Of a DNA stretch of 64,000 nt, positions 8,142 to 18,202 are shown piece by piece (positions within the stretch are counted from its first letter, which is position 1; the number at the start of each line of letters is the position of its first letter). The position numbers were made by a program, and so were the translations under genes. The DNA lies in NCBI GenBank assembly GCA_027021705.1, contig JALUTT010000073.1:37993-101992 (forward strand). Direction: 5' to 3'. Origin of the DNA: Anaerolineae bacterium (lineage in GTDB: Bacteria; Chloroflexota; Anaerolineae; S140-20). Below the pieces are notes generated by a model that saw only the letters and a program-made list of their open reading frames with translations, was not told the origin of the DNA and did no database searches.

Positions 8142-9294
8142 CCTGCAACGCTCGCCGATAGGCCACGACGGTCTGGGAGGCCGTCTGGGCCCAGGTGAAG
8201 CGGGCGGCCTGCGCCTGACCCCGCTCTCGCAGGTGGAGGCGCAGGGCCTCGTCCTTCAGCAGCCGCGCCATCGCCCCCGCCAGCCCCTCCACGTCATCGG
8301 GGGGCACGAGGAGGCCGGCCTCGCCCACCACCTCCGGCAGGGCGCTGCTGCGGGCAGCGATCACCGGGGTGCCACAGGCCATCGCCTCCAGCAGGGGCAT
8401 GCCGAACCCCTCGTAGAGGGAAGGGTAGACGAAGAAAGTGGCGGCGCTGTACCAGAGGGGCAACTCCTCGTCGGGCACGAAGCCGGGAAAGCGCACCCGG
8501 TCGGAGAGCCCCAGGGCCCGCGCCTGGGCGAAGAGGGGGTCGTAGTACCAACCCTTCCCACCGGCGATGACCAGCGTGACCTCCTCCTCTGGGTGCTGCT
8601 CTCGGAGCCGGGCGAAGGCCCGGAGCAGGGTGGGCAGGTTCTTGCGGGGCTCCAGCGTGCCCACGAAGAGGATGAAGCGGTCGGGAAGCCCTCTGGCCTG
8701 GCGGAAGGCGGCCACCTGGGCCGGCGGGTAGGGGTGGAAGCGGGTGTGGTCCACGCCGTGGACCACGACATCCACCCGTTCTTCAGGAAAGCCGAGCAGG
8801 CGCACCACCTCCGTTCGGGTGTAGTGGGATACGGCGATGATCCGGCGGGCGCGACGGGCCGAGAGCCGAGTCATCCAGGTCAGGTAGAGCCGGTTGGCCG
8901 GGCGGAATCGCTCCGGGAAGCGCAAGAAGCTCAGGTCGTGCACCGTCACCACCGTGGGACAGGGACTCCAGAGGGGCGCGACGAAGGCCAGGGCGTGCAA
9001 CAGATCCACCCTGGCCTGGCGTAGCGCCCACGGTTGCGCCACCTGCTCCCATAGGATGCGGACCAGAGGGCGCTCGGTGGGCCAGCGGGTCGCGCGAACG
9101 GTCAGGGTGGCCTGCCGACCTGGTCCGCCAGACGGGACAGGCCGCCCGCGACCGGTGAAGACGGTGTAACGGAAGGTCGGGTCGGCCTGGGGAAGGTGAT
9201 GCAGCAGATGGTAGATGTAACCGTGAATCCCTGCGCTGCGGTAGCCGGCCTGGCCGGACAGCAGTTGAGCATTGAGACCCACGTGGCCGCGCAT
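8134..9294 (-). CDS. Glycosyltransferase family 4
   Basis: VGTLEPRKN and EGFGMPLLEAMACGTPV motifs. Start set at 9294 because the ATG at 9303 overlaps a TATAAT box. Confidence 0.93.
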   Translation of the reverse strand: MRGHVGLNAQLLSGQAGYRSAGIHGYIYHLLHHLPQADPTFRYTVFTGRGRPVPSGGPGRQATLTVRATRWPTERPLVRILWEQVAQPWALRQARVDLLHALAFVAPLWSPCPTVVTVHDLSFLRFPERFRPANRLYLTWMTRLSARRARRIIAVSHYTRTEVVRLLGFPEERVDVVVHGVDHTRFHPYPPAQVAAFRQARGLPDRFILFVGTLEPRKNLPTLLRAFARLREQHPEEEVTLVIAGGKGWYYDPLFAQARALGLSDRVRFPGFVPDEELPLWYSAATFFVYPSLYEGFGMPLLEAMACGTPVIAARSSALPEVVGEAGLLVPPDDVEGLAGAMARLLKDEALRLHLRERGQAQAARFTWAQTASQTVVAYRRALQDG

Positions 9295-9429
9295 ACCCGG
9301 CATTATACCACCTTTTGCCCGATTCTGCGAGATGAGCAGGCCCTGTCGGACAACACGAAGCGAGGCCGGGGGCAGACTCCCCCGGCCTCGTCTTCCCGCT
9401 TCCTCGCCCAGGTTGGCGAAGCAGCGTCC

Positions 9430-11496
9430 TCAGGGCTCGACGGGCGATACCGGTAGGTCGGACGTGGACGATTCGGCTTCTGGAGCGTTCGTCGAGTTCA
9501 TCGTCGGACAGCCCTCGTCCACGATGTCCTGGCCGTTGTTGCGGAACCGGTTGCCCACCTCTTGGAAGTTGGTGGCGCAGTAGAGGTAGATGCCAACGTC
9601 GTTGTTCTTGATGAGGTTCCGCTTGGCCAGGGTGTTGTCGGAGGTGTCCACCACGATGCCGTAGCCGTTGCCCAGCACCTTGTTGAAGGCCAGTCGGGCG
9701 TTGTTCGACTCCCAGAGGTAGATGCCGTAGTCGTTCCCCTTCACCGTGCTGCGCTCGAAGTTGAGATTGTGGGACTGGTAGGCGATGGCCCCGTACTCGC
9801 TGGCTTCGAGCCTCATCCCTCGGACGGAGACATCGTCGGCGAAGACAAGGTAAAGGGCGACCTGGCTATCGGTTCCACGGCTGCTCATCACCCGAGCCCC
9901 CGGCGCGTCGAGGAGCAAGTAGCCGCTGGCTGCCCAGTAGGGGCCGGTGTAGGCGATGCCGGTGACGAAGTTACCGTTGTAGATGGAACCGGTCGCGCCA
10001 AAGCCGATCTGGATGCCGTTCTGGGCGATCTTGTCCGTCGGCCCCCAACCGTAGACCCGGTTCTTCTTGATGTAGGCGATGGTGGTGCCGGTGCCGTAGT
10101 AGGAGTTGGCGGTGATGCCGTTCTTCTGGAAGTCTCTGACCGTGTTGCGCTCGATCCAGACCTTGCTGGTGCCGCCGTCCCGGCTCAACACGTAGATGCC
10201 TCCACCGCTCTGGCAGCCCTCGTAGCCGGGTGGGTGCTTGATGCCCTTGATCTTGTTCCACTGGATTTTGCCGCTGGCGTTGAAGTAGTAGATGCCGTGG
10301 AAGCGCTCATCTCCACCCACACAGCCGGGGTAGCCACGCCCATCGCCGTCAATGGTGAAGTTGCGCACGATGACGCGGTCGGCGTTCTTGACCCAGACGA
10401 TGGGGCCTTTCTGGTCAGGCACGGCCAGGATGGTCGCCTTGTAGCGGGGGCGTCCTTCCAGCGTCAGGTTCTTGCCGTCAACGACCACCTGTTCCTCATA
10501 GGTTCCCTCGTGGACGATCACCTTGCCCCCGTCGGCCACGGCATTCACCCCGTCTTGGATGGTGGCGAAGGCGTTGTAGCCGAAGATCCAGCCGGGGAGG
10601 ACCTCTTCCTTGGGCGGCGTGCCGGCCCAGTCATCGTCCACCTTGACCACGGGAGGCGCCGGCAGGGCCATGCAGCCCGTGATGGTGATGTCGGAGAGGA
10701 CGACATCGCCATAGGTGTCGTCGGGAGCCCAGAGCCCGGCGAAGAGCTGCATCCAGGCCATATCGCCCTTGAAGCTCAGGCCGGCGGGGTAGATGTCGGG
10801 CTCGTCGTCCTTCCAGCCGGCGGTGTAGAAGCCGGTGGGGATCCCGTTGACGGTGGCGAACATCGTGCCCAGATTGGCGTTGACGGCGTGATAGGAGATC
10901 TCGATGTGGTAGATGCCACCGGTGTTGTAGGTCCCGCCGTCCACCATCCCCCACATCACCGCCTGCCACGGGTCAACGCCGTCGCGGTCGAACCAGATGC
11001 CGTAGTTGTCGTAGGTACCAAAGGGGGCGACGACGGTATCGGGGTCGGTGGCATCGTAGTCGCGCTCGTCCCGTCCGCCGGAAGCGGCGAGGTTGTGCTT
11101 GTCGTCCAGGTCCTGGCTCTCAGGATCGGTGTCCAGGTCCCCGACGAGGGAGACCATCCAGCCGCCCTTGCCCCCCTGATAGGTGTCCCAGGGGCCTGGA
11201 TTGAAGTTGCTGGCTCCCAGTTCGCGGAGCCCTACCTCAGTGTATGAGGTCTGCCAGGGTCCGGGCTGGGTGATCCCCGTCATGTCAATGGTGTAGGAGA
11301 GGGTGAGATCGCATTGGGTCAGGTCCCAGACCTCGCTCCAGTTGGTTGCCGTGTAGGCGGGGCTTAGGGTCAGGGTACCGTAATGGACGGTCGTGGGGGA
11401 GGGACCACTCGCTGTGATCGGTGCCGCGAAGACTGACGTGGTTGCCAGTACCGCAATCAGTACGAGGATCCGTAGGGTTCGACTTCGCGTTGTCAT
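9430..11496 (-). CDS. Secreted protein with an unrecognised N-terminal domain and a C-terminal right-handed parallel beta-helix (NosD/pectin-lyase-like)
   Basis: Signal peptide. AFATIQDGVNAV...EGTYEEQV cap followed by GI/NxxxxN beta-helix repeats. SD AGGAGGT. Confidence 0.85.
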   Translation of the reverse strand: MTTRSRTLRILVLIAVLATTSVFAAPITASGPSPTTVHYGTLTLSPAYTATNWSEVWDLTQCDLTLSYTIDMTGITQPGPWQTSYTEVGLRELGASNFNPGPWDTYQGGKGGWMVSLVGDLDTDPESQDLDDKHNLAASGGRDERDYDATDPDTVVAPFGTYDNYGIWFDRDGVDPWQAVMWGMVDGGTYNTGGIYHIEISYHAVNANLGTMFATVNGIPTGFYTAGWKDDEPDIYPAGLSFKGDMAWMQLFAGLWAPDDTYGDVVLSDITITGCMALPAPPVVKVDDDWAGTPPKEEVLPGWIFGYNAFATIQDGVNAVADGGKVIVHEGTYEEQVVVDGKNLTLEGRPRYKATILAVPDQKGPIVWVKNADRVIVRNFTIDGDGRGYPGCVGGDERFHGIYYFNASGKIQWNKIKGIKHPPGYEGCQSGGGIYVLSRDGGTSKVWIERNTVRDFQKNGITANSYYGTGTTIAYIKKNRVYGWGPTDKIAQNGIQIGFGATGSIYNGNFVTGIAYTGPYWAASGYLLLDAPGARVMSSRGTDSQVALYLVFADDVSVRGMRLEASEYGAIAYQSHNLNFERSTVKGNDYGIYLWESNNARLAFNKVLGNGYGIVVDTSDNTLAKRNLIKNNDVGIYLYCATNFQEVGNRFRNNGQDIVDEGCPTMNSTNAPEAESSTSDLPVSPVEP

Positions 11497-12025
11497 TGGT
11501 GTACCTCCTGAGTCGGATAAGCGGGGGAGGCCCGCCCAGTACGCCCTCGGTTGTTCCCGATTCTCATCCTATGGTCATCACCCCAAGTGATCCTCCCGGC
11601 CGGTACGTGGGGCTTTTGTCAATGTGCCCAGAGTCAAACCTCTCCGGTCGTTCGATCACCTCCTTTCCGACAAAAAATAAGCCCCACCATCCACGCCGTG
11701 CGTGGCCTTGGTGTGGCTCGATCTTCCCCGGCCGACCATGACCTGCCTCCCGTCAGGGTAGGGGAGCGGTGAGGGCAGCGATGCCGGAAACCGTGATCTT
11801 ATGGAAGGCGATTTGCGCGATGATTTGGAAGAGAGTTGTCCTCGGAGGATAGTGTGGCGCAGAAGTGTTGGAAAACGGTAAGGAGAGTGTTGGAAATTGG
11901 TTAGAATCCCCATTGGTTACGGAGGGCCTGTGGCCGTGGCAGAAACGCTACCGGCCCCGGAATCCTCGATGCCGGGGCCGGCCCCAGACAGCACTCAACC
12001 AATCCACCAATGATGCCGCACCGCC

Positions 12026-15000
12026 TTACGGCCACCAGCGGCCTACATCTTGGATGGCCTGGAAGGTCCCGACAATGGCCTCTGGTCCGCCCAGGGCGTA
12101 GATAAGGGGGGCGAGGGCGCTCAGGTCGGAGAGGAGGTCCCGGCGGGTGCGCCGGGCGAGTGTGTGGAGCGTCTCCCGCCAGAGATCGTGGACGGCGTTT
12201 CGGTTCCGCTTTGCCCAGTTGGCCAAAGGGGAGGCCAGTGCCGAGAGCATCTTTCCCCGGGCACGGGTGTTCTCAACGTCCCGGGCGATCCTCAAAGTCT
12301 CCTTCAGGTCTTCTCTCGGGAGCATCTGCGGCAGGGAGGAGGCCAACTCTTCCAGTGCTTCGGCCTGTCTCTCAGCGTCCTTCTCCTCTCGCAGCGCGTC
12401 CAGAGCGTTCCGCAGAGCGTGTTCCTGCTCCGGCTCCGGCAGGTGGGGGATCAGACGGGCCAGAACCTGAACCCGCCGGGTCGGCCGGACGATCTCCTCC
12501 GTGGCCATCATAGCCTCTAGGAGTGCCTGCCTCCGTAGCGCTTCCGGCGGATGGAACAAGGCCAGTTCCCGAAGTTCCTCGGCTCGCGTGGCCGCATCGG
12601 AGATCCCTCGGATCGTGGAGAGGGCCTCCAGCCAGCGGCCTTGTCCTGCCATAAGGCGTGCAATGGCCCTCAACACGCGATCGAACTGCCTCCTGGACCC
12701 ATTGCCCCGAAGCGTTGGGGCAGCCCTCGCGACTTCCCATAGCATGGTCTCCCACGGGGAAAAGGCCGGTTCCTCTCCCATTTCCCAGAGTATTTGCTGC
12801 CGTAGGGCCGCAGGAAGGTAGGAGAGGTGAAGCAGTTCCCACACCACAGAGGCTTGGATCCAAGGGTCCTCAATCCCTCGTGCCGCTTCCCACGCTTCCC
12901 ATAGGGCCTCTTCCCGTTGCGGAGGGGGCAGGTGGGCGGCCAACACCCGCAGAGTCTGGGCTCGCAGACTCTTGTCCTCGATCTCCCCCGCCGCCGACAG
13001 AGCTTTCTGCTGGACACCTTCTCGCAGCGTCGCCTCCGGGAAGTTGTGAGAGAGCAATCTTAGCAGGGCGTCAGCTTGCTGCCATGGGTCCTCGATCTGC
13101 GAGGCCGTTTCCACAGCTTCCTGCAGGGCCTCCTGTTGTCGTGGCTTCGACTCCTGCTGTTGTGACTCCGACTCCTGTTGTCGTGGCTCTGAGAGGTGGA
13201 GAGCCAGTTGCGCCAGCAGGTTGACCCGTAGGTAGGGGTCCTGGACGTTCCGGGTGGCTTGCCAGGCGTTCTGAAGGGCCTTTTCGCGATCCTGGGCTGA
13301 GAGATGGGGGGCAATGTCGGCCAGAGTCTGTGCCCGCCGGTACTCGTTGGTGATTTCGCGGGCTGCGGCCAGGGCCTCCTGGAGGGCCGCCCCCCGCTCC
13401 CCCCCCGCCAAGTGACGGGCCAGCTCGATCAACGTCCTGGCTTGTGCACCCCTATCCCCGATGCCCTGGACGGTTGCCAGAGCCTCTTGGAGAGCCCGCT
13501 TGCGGGGGGATGGCGGCAAGCGAGGAGCCAGTTCCAGGAGCACCTCCACCCGTGTCCGGGGGTCTCGGACCTCCCGGGCCGCCGTCAACGCCTCCCGGAG
13601 GACTTGTTGCCGTGCCGATTTCGACAAGTAGTAGGAGGTAGCCAGGTGCAAGAGCGTGCGGGCCCGAACCGGCGCGTCCCGAATCTGCCGCGCTGCGACC
13701 AGCGCTTCCGTGATGTAACCCTGTCTCGCCAGGCGCCGGACTTGGGTCTGGGGTAGCTCGACAGGCATCGTCCTTCTCCGAAGCACCGAGGCGGCTTTCT
13801 GGATCGCTTGCAAAGCTTGCTCTTCCCACTTCGGTGGGAGGTGATGGCTCAGCGCCAGGAGGGTCTCTATCCGAAGATGGGCATCTTGAATGCGCTGCGC
13901 TGCTGCCAAGGCCTCTAGACTCCGGCCCTGCTGCGCCAGACCCAATGCCCGGTCCCTGAACTCCTCATCCTGCGGGTTGCCCTCGCGGAGATCCCGGGCG
14001 GCTGCCAGCGCTTCCTCCAGGACAGGGGCGTACTGGGATGCCGGCAGATACTCGATCAGGCTGAGCAGGGCTCCGGCGCGGATCCGAGCATCCCGGATCG
14101 TTCGCGCCACGTCCAACGCCTCGCGCAGCAGCGTCTCCGGGAGGTAGGGGGCCAGGGAGGCCAGGGCCTGAGCCCGTTGCTCCTCCCGCTCGATTCCCCG
14201 GGCGGCTGTCAGCGCTTCCCGGACGGCCCGTTCTCGCTGCTCGTCCGATACGTAAGAGCAGGAAGCAAGAGCCAGAAAAGCCTCGACCTGCTCTTTGGCA
14301 TCGCGGGTATTCCGAGCTACGGCCCAGGCTCGTGCTAATAAGCGCTGCTTCCACGTTTCGTTCGGCAGGTGGGGAACCAGATCCAACAGGGCTGCTACCT
14401 GATCTGGGCCTTTTCGGATACTCCTCACAGCCCTGCTCGCTTCGTGCCAGTCTCCCTGCTCGGCCCAGTGTCGGGCCAGCATCTTCAACACGTTATCCTC
14501 TAAGCTCTCTGTCTCCTGTACGGCCGCCTGTGCAACTTGTACCGCCTTGGCTCGCAACGCTTCCGACAGGTGAGGAAACAGGTCTGCAAGCGTCCGGATC
14601 CGTATCTCCACTCTCTCGATGTTGCTGGCTATGCTCAGGGCCTCTTCCTGCAGTGCTTCCGGCGAATGGGGAGCCAGGGTTCTGAGGATTGCGGCCTTCC
14701 ATTCCTCCTCCTCAATCGCCCTCACCGTGGATAGGGCCTCCTGCCAGAGGGATTCCCGTTCCGACTCGGTTAGAGCGGGACAGGTTGCGATCTCCCGAAG
14801 TGCCTGGATCCGATCCTCGGGCCATAGAATCCCTTGGGTGGCTTTCCGGGCTTTCTTCACGGCTTCTCCCTGTTGCCTATCTGGCAGGTGGGGAATCAGC
14901 TTTACGAGCGCTGACACGCGCTCTCGTTCGTCGGCAATCCGCGATGTTGCTTCCAACACCTCCTGCAGAGTTTGCTCCCGCTCCGGTTCGGGCATATAAG

Positions 15001-17695
15001 GAGCTAGGCCGGCGAGGGCCTTGATCCGGTCATCCCTGTCCTCAATCTGCCTGGCTATGGTCCATGCCCCTTGGAGTAAGGTCTCGTCCCTCTCGAGAGA
15101 AGGAGCCAGCCCGGCGAGGGCTTCTGCCCGGACCTCGGTCCATTCGATCTGCTGAACGACCGCTAGTGCCTTTGAGAAGAGGTCTTGGGACAGATGGGGG
15201 GCCAGCTTCACCAGTGCCTCCGCCCGTTGCCCCGCGTCCGGCGCCTGCCGGGCGTAGGCCAGCCCTTGGGCCGGAGGCCACTCCTTTTTCTCCACCAGTG
15301 CCGCCAGCAGTTGTGGGGGGATGTTCTTGGCCAGGCTGTTGAGGGAGGCAGTGATGAGGGCGTAGCGGCATTGGAGGGCGATGTCCTCACCCCTCTCCCC
15401 GGCCCCCTCCCCTCTCCCACCCGGTGAGAGAGGGGAGGGGGTGGCGGCGGCCGCTGTCGGGGGTTCTTCCACCAGCCCCCAGGCTCGCGCCACGTCGGTC
15501 AGGAAGCCGTCGGTGTCTCCCACGGCCTCCTTAGTCGCGTACCAGGCGTTCTCGTGCCGGCGGCGCTGGTGGGTCCGCTTCTGGCCCGGAAGTTGGCCAG
15601 GCCGCTCCTTCGGCCCAGGGCAGGTGTAGGGCACCTCCTCTTCATGCACCCATTCCACCCGCAACAGGCGATGCAGGTCCTCCCCCCGGCCCGCCCCTTC
15701 CAAGTGGGCCGCCAGGTGGCGCAGGCCGTAGCCGCCGTCCAGGTCCCGCCTCCCCGGCTCCCGCAGCCCCGGCAGCCCCGCCTCTAGCCCGCTCCAGGCC
15801 GCCAGGTACCGGTCGGCGATGCGGGCGTGGGCCTGCTGCGTGGCCGCCGCCAGCTCCTCCGTCAGGCTCCGCTCCACCTCCGTCAGCCGCTCTAGGTCGG
15901 CCCGCCCGTCCAGGAACTCCCGCAGGCTGGCGTGGTAGAGGCGGTAGCGGCGGTCCCCTGCGGTGCCCTCCACGGCCAGGAAGGGCCGCCAGGCCTCCCG
16001 CAGTAACCGCTCCAGATCAGGCCGCACCTCCACCCCGGCCAGGGTGCAGAGCCGAGGGAAGGGGAGGGCCTCTTGGGCGGCGGCCAGGGTGCTCAGCAGA
16101 GGGAGGTAGTCGGTGTACCATCGGGGATCATCCCGCCACCGACTCCAGTACTGGGCGTAGTACTGCCACACGCCCTCCGGCAGGGTCGCCAGGTCCAGGG
16201 GGGAGCGCTCCCCGCGCTCGATCTCGCCCACCACGTAGTGCAGGTAGATCCACACCCCCCGGCATTTCTCCAGCAGCGCGGCCACGAACTGCTCCCGCGC
16301 ATACCCCTGCTCGGCCAGGGCCCGGGCCACCCCCGACCAGGTGGCGGCCGCCTCCAGGTAGGCCCGCATATCGGCCCGGTTCTTCTCGCTCTGGGCTTCC
16401 AGGCGAAAGACCCGGCGCGGCCCCTCCACCCGCAGCGTCACCGCCACCGGCCGCTGGGAGATGATGAGGTAGACGCCTTGGGGGAGCACGCGCGGCAAGC
16501 CCAGGACGTTCTGGCCCGGCGGGGTTCCGGCCTCGTCCAGGCCGTCCACCACCAGGACGATTTGCTCTCCGGGCCGCACCTCGTCCCGCTTGCGGGCCGC
16601 CTCGAAGAGCAGGTTCAGGAGGAAGTGGGGGCGGGCTGCCGAGCCGGGCAGCACCCCCTCGGCCTGATGGGGGTCGAGCAGCCAGGCCCGCACCAATTGG
16701 GCGGCCAGGTTGCGTAGGCCGGTGGCGTCGTCACCGGGGGCCAGTTCCACGAAGTGGTGGATGTACCCCTGGGTCTTCACCAGGTGGGCCAGGAAGGTGG
16801 TCTTGCCCAACCCGGCGGCGGCTTCCAGGACGAACAGACCCCGGTCGTTATCCCGCAGGAAGGCGTCCACCTCGGCGGTCAGCCACTCCCGGCCCACGAA
16901 GCGGTCCAGCTTCACCCGCTCGAAGACGGACCAAGGGGGGATGTAGGCGTCCCGCAGCCGCTCGTAATCACCGACGAAGACCCGGTTGTGGTCGCCGGTG
17001 ATGAGGATGCTATGGATGGCCTGGCCGCCGATGGAGATGCTGCACTCACCGGAGGGTTCCTCGGGCTTCTCCGGCGGGTGCAGTTCCAGAGGCTCCGGGC
17101 ACAGGGCCTGCACCGTCTCGGCGGGGATGGCGTAGGCGTAGCGTACTCTGGGAGCATCCTCTTCCTCAGGACGCCTCATATCGCGGTAACGGGTGATCAT
17201 CCCGACCACGCGCCCGGTGACGATGTCCAGCACCGGCGCGCCGCTGAGGCCCCTGTCCACTTCAGGTCCCTGGACCTGGAGTAGGCGGATGGGCCAGCCT
17301 TGCACCGGCACCAGCCCACCGATCTTCGCCTGGGGCCAGCGGGCGAGCGCAGGGCCGTCCGCCGGGTAGCCCAGGGCCTGGTAGGGATGGCCGTTGCTCC
17401 CGTGGGCCGGGCCCAAGGTGGCGGGGTGTGTTCCTTCGGGCAACACCCCAACCACCCGCAGGAAGGCCACATCCTTCTCCGGTTGCCAGCCCTTGGGGAG
17501 GACCTCGGCCTCCGCCGGTTCACCTCCAACGTGGAAGGCAAGCCGCACCCGCTTGCCCGGGCAGGCTCCGGCGGCCTCGACCACGTGCACGCAGGTCACC
17601 ACCAGGTCCGGGCGCACGAGAAAGCCGGTGCCTATCGTCCGGCCCCTGGCGTTTTCGACGCGGACAACGCAAGCCTCCAGATCCGTTGCTTCCAC
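12026..17695 (-). CDS. Trypsin-like serine protease + STAND/NACHT-like NTPase + long TPR/HEAT-like repeat protein
   Basis: Protease triad TCVHVV / DVAFL / GLSGAPV. FVGREWL, Walker A AAAGLGKTT and Walker B VVDGLDE. About 1000 aa of RAxALxxLAPHL-type helical repeats. Confidence 0.9.
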   Translation of the reverse strand: MEATDLEACVVRVENARGRTIGTGFLVRPDLVVTCVHVVEAAGACPGKRVRLAFHVGGEPAEAEVLPKGWQPEKDVAFLRVVGVLPEGTHPATLGPAHGSNGHPYQALGYPADGPALARWPQAKIGGLVPVQGWPIRLLQVQGPEVDRGLSGAPVLDIVTGRVVGMITRYRDMRRPEEEDAPRVRYAYAIPAETVQALCPEPLELHPPEKPEEPSGECSISIGGQAIHSILITGDHNRVFVGDYERLRDAYIPPWSVFERVKLDRFVGREWLTAEVDAFLRDNDRGLFVLEAAAGLGKTTFLAHLVKTQGYIHHFVELAPGDDATGLRNLAAQLVRAWLLDPHQAEGVLPGSAARPHFLLNLLFEAARKRDEVRPGEQIVLVVDGLDEAGTPPGQNVLGLPRVLPQGVYLIISQRPVAVTLRVEGPRRVFRLEAQSEKNRADMRAYLEAAATWSGVARALAEQGYAREQFVAALLEKCRGVWIYLHYVVGEIERGERSPLDLATLPEGVWQYYAQYWSRWRDDPRWYTDYLPLLSTLAAAQEALPFPRLCTLAGVEVRPDLERLLREAWRPFLAVEGTAGDRRYRLYHASLREFLDGRADLERLTEVERSLTEELAAATQQAHARIADRYLAAWSGLEAGLPGLREPGRRDLDGGYGLRHLAAHLEGAGRGEDLHRLLRVEWVHEEEVPYTCPGPKERPGQLPGQKRTHQRRRHENAWYATKEAVGDTDGFLTDVARAWGLVEEPPTAAAATPSPLSPGGRGEGAGERGEDIALQCRYALITASLNSLAKNIPPQLLAALVEKKEWPPAQGLAYARQAPDAGQRAEALVKLAPHLSQDLFSKALAVVQQIEWTEVRAEALAGLAPSLERDETLLQGAWTIARQIEDRDDRIKALAGLAPYMPEPEREQTLQEVLEATSRIADERERVSALVKLIPHLPDRQQGEAVKKARKATQGILWPEDRIQALREIATCPALTESERESLWQEALSTVRAIEEEEWKAAILRTLAPHSPEALQEEALSIASNIERVEIRIRTLADLFPHLSEALRAKAVQVAQAAVQETESLEDNVLKMLARHWAEQGDWHEASRAVRSIRKGPDQVAALLDLVPHLPNETWKQRLLARAWAVARNTRDAKEQVEAFLALASCSYVSDEQRERAVREALTAARGIEREEQRAQALASLAPYLPETLLREALDVARTIRDARIRAGALLSLIEYLPASQYAPVLEEALAAARDLREGNPQDEEFRDRALGLAQQGRSLEALAAAQRIQDAHLRIETLLALSHHLPPKWEEQALQAIQKAASVLRRRTMPVELPQTQVRRLARQGYITEALVAARQIRDAPVRARTLLHLATSYYLSKSARQQVLREALTAAREVRDPRTRVEVLLELAPRLPPSPRKRALQEALATVQGIGDRGAQARTLIELARHLAGGERGAALQEALAAAREITNEYRRAQTLADIAPHLSAQDREKALQNAWQATRNVQDPYLRVNLLAQLALHLSEPRQQESESQQQESKPRQQEALQEAVETASQIEDPWQQADALLRLLSHNFPEATLREGVQQKALSAAGEIEDKSLRAQTLRVLAAHLPPPQREEALWEAWEAARGIEDPWIQASVVWELLHLSYLPAALRQQILWEMGEEPAFSPWETMLWEVARAAPTLRGNGSRRQFDRVLRAIARLMAGQGRWLEALSTIRGISDAATRAEELRELALFHPPEALRRQALLEAMMATEEIVRPTRRVQVLARLIPHLPEPEQEHALRNALDALREEKDAERQAEALEELASSLPQMLPREDLKETLRIARDVENTRARGKMLSALASPLANWAKRNRNAVHDLWRETLHTLARRTRRDLLSDLSALAPLIYALGGPEAIVGTFQAIQDVGRWWP

Positions 17696-17921
17696 CGCTC
17701 AACCCTATCCCTTGTTTTGTCCGTGCTGTCTCAAAAGCATTGATGAGCTTATGCCGCATTTGCGCAATGATCGGCTCCTCATCTGCTCCAGATCATCGGA
17801 GAACACCGCGCCTTTTGGGGGAGGGAGGAGGATGTGGGCAACTAAGCTGACGGACAAGGGGCTCTTTCCAGGAATGCCTTCCCGCGCATCCTGGATGGCG
17901 CCATCACTCCTGTCATCGGCC

Positions 17922-17950
17922 ATTGTATGACAACTGGTCAGAAAAGTCAA
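17922..17950 (-). promoter_or_regulatory. Sigma70 promoter for the protease-STAND gene
   Basis: TTGACT-17nt-TACAAT on the minus strand. Confidence 0.7.
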
Positions 17951-18036
17951 GGAATTTACGCAACAACACAGTACAAATCCCCCAAGATACGCGATGCGCA
18001 ATACGTGTCACACAATGCGACGCGACACGATTTCCC

Positions 18037-18191
18037 CGGTGATTACCCATATCTTTGGAGATAGGGAAACGAGCCGTCCACGAATGGGGCACGAATACAC
18101 GAATCAAGGACCGCCTCATTCGTGCATTTGTGAGAAATTCGTGGACGGCCTGCTACGGACCACTCTCTCGCTCCCTTGTGGGTAATCACCG
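18037..18191. mobile_element. MITE family A, copy 2 (155 bp)
   Basis: Perfect 13-bp TIR CGGTGATTACCCA. 9-bp target duplication CGATTTCCC at 18028-18036 and 18192-18200. Confidence 0.92.
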
Positions 18192-18202
18192 CGATTTCCC
18201 TC

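Noticed and set aside
17705..18001. Small ORF upstream of the protease-STAND gene as a possible partner
   Set aside because: Its plausible ATG (17923) overlaps the -10 box, it has no SD and it shows no recognisable motif.
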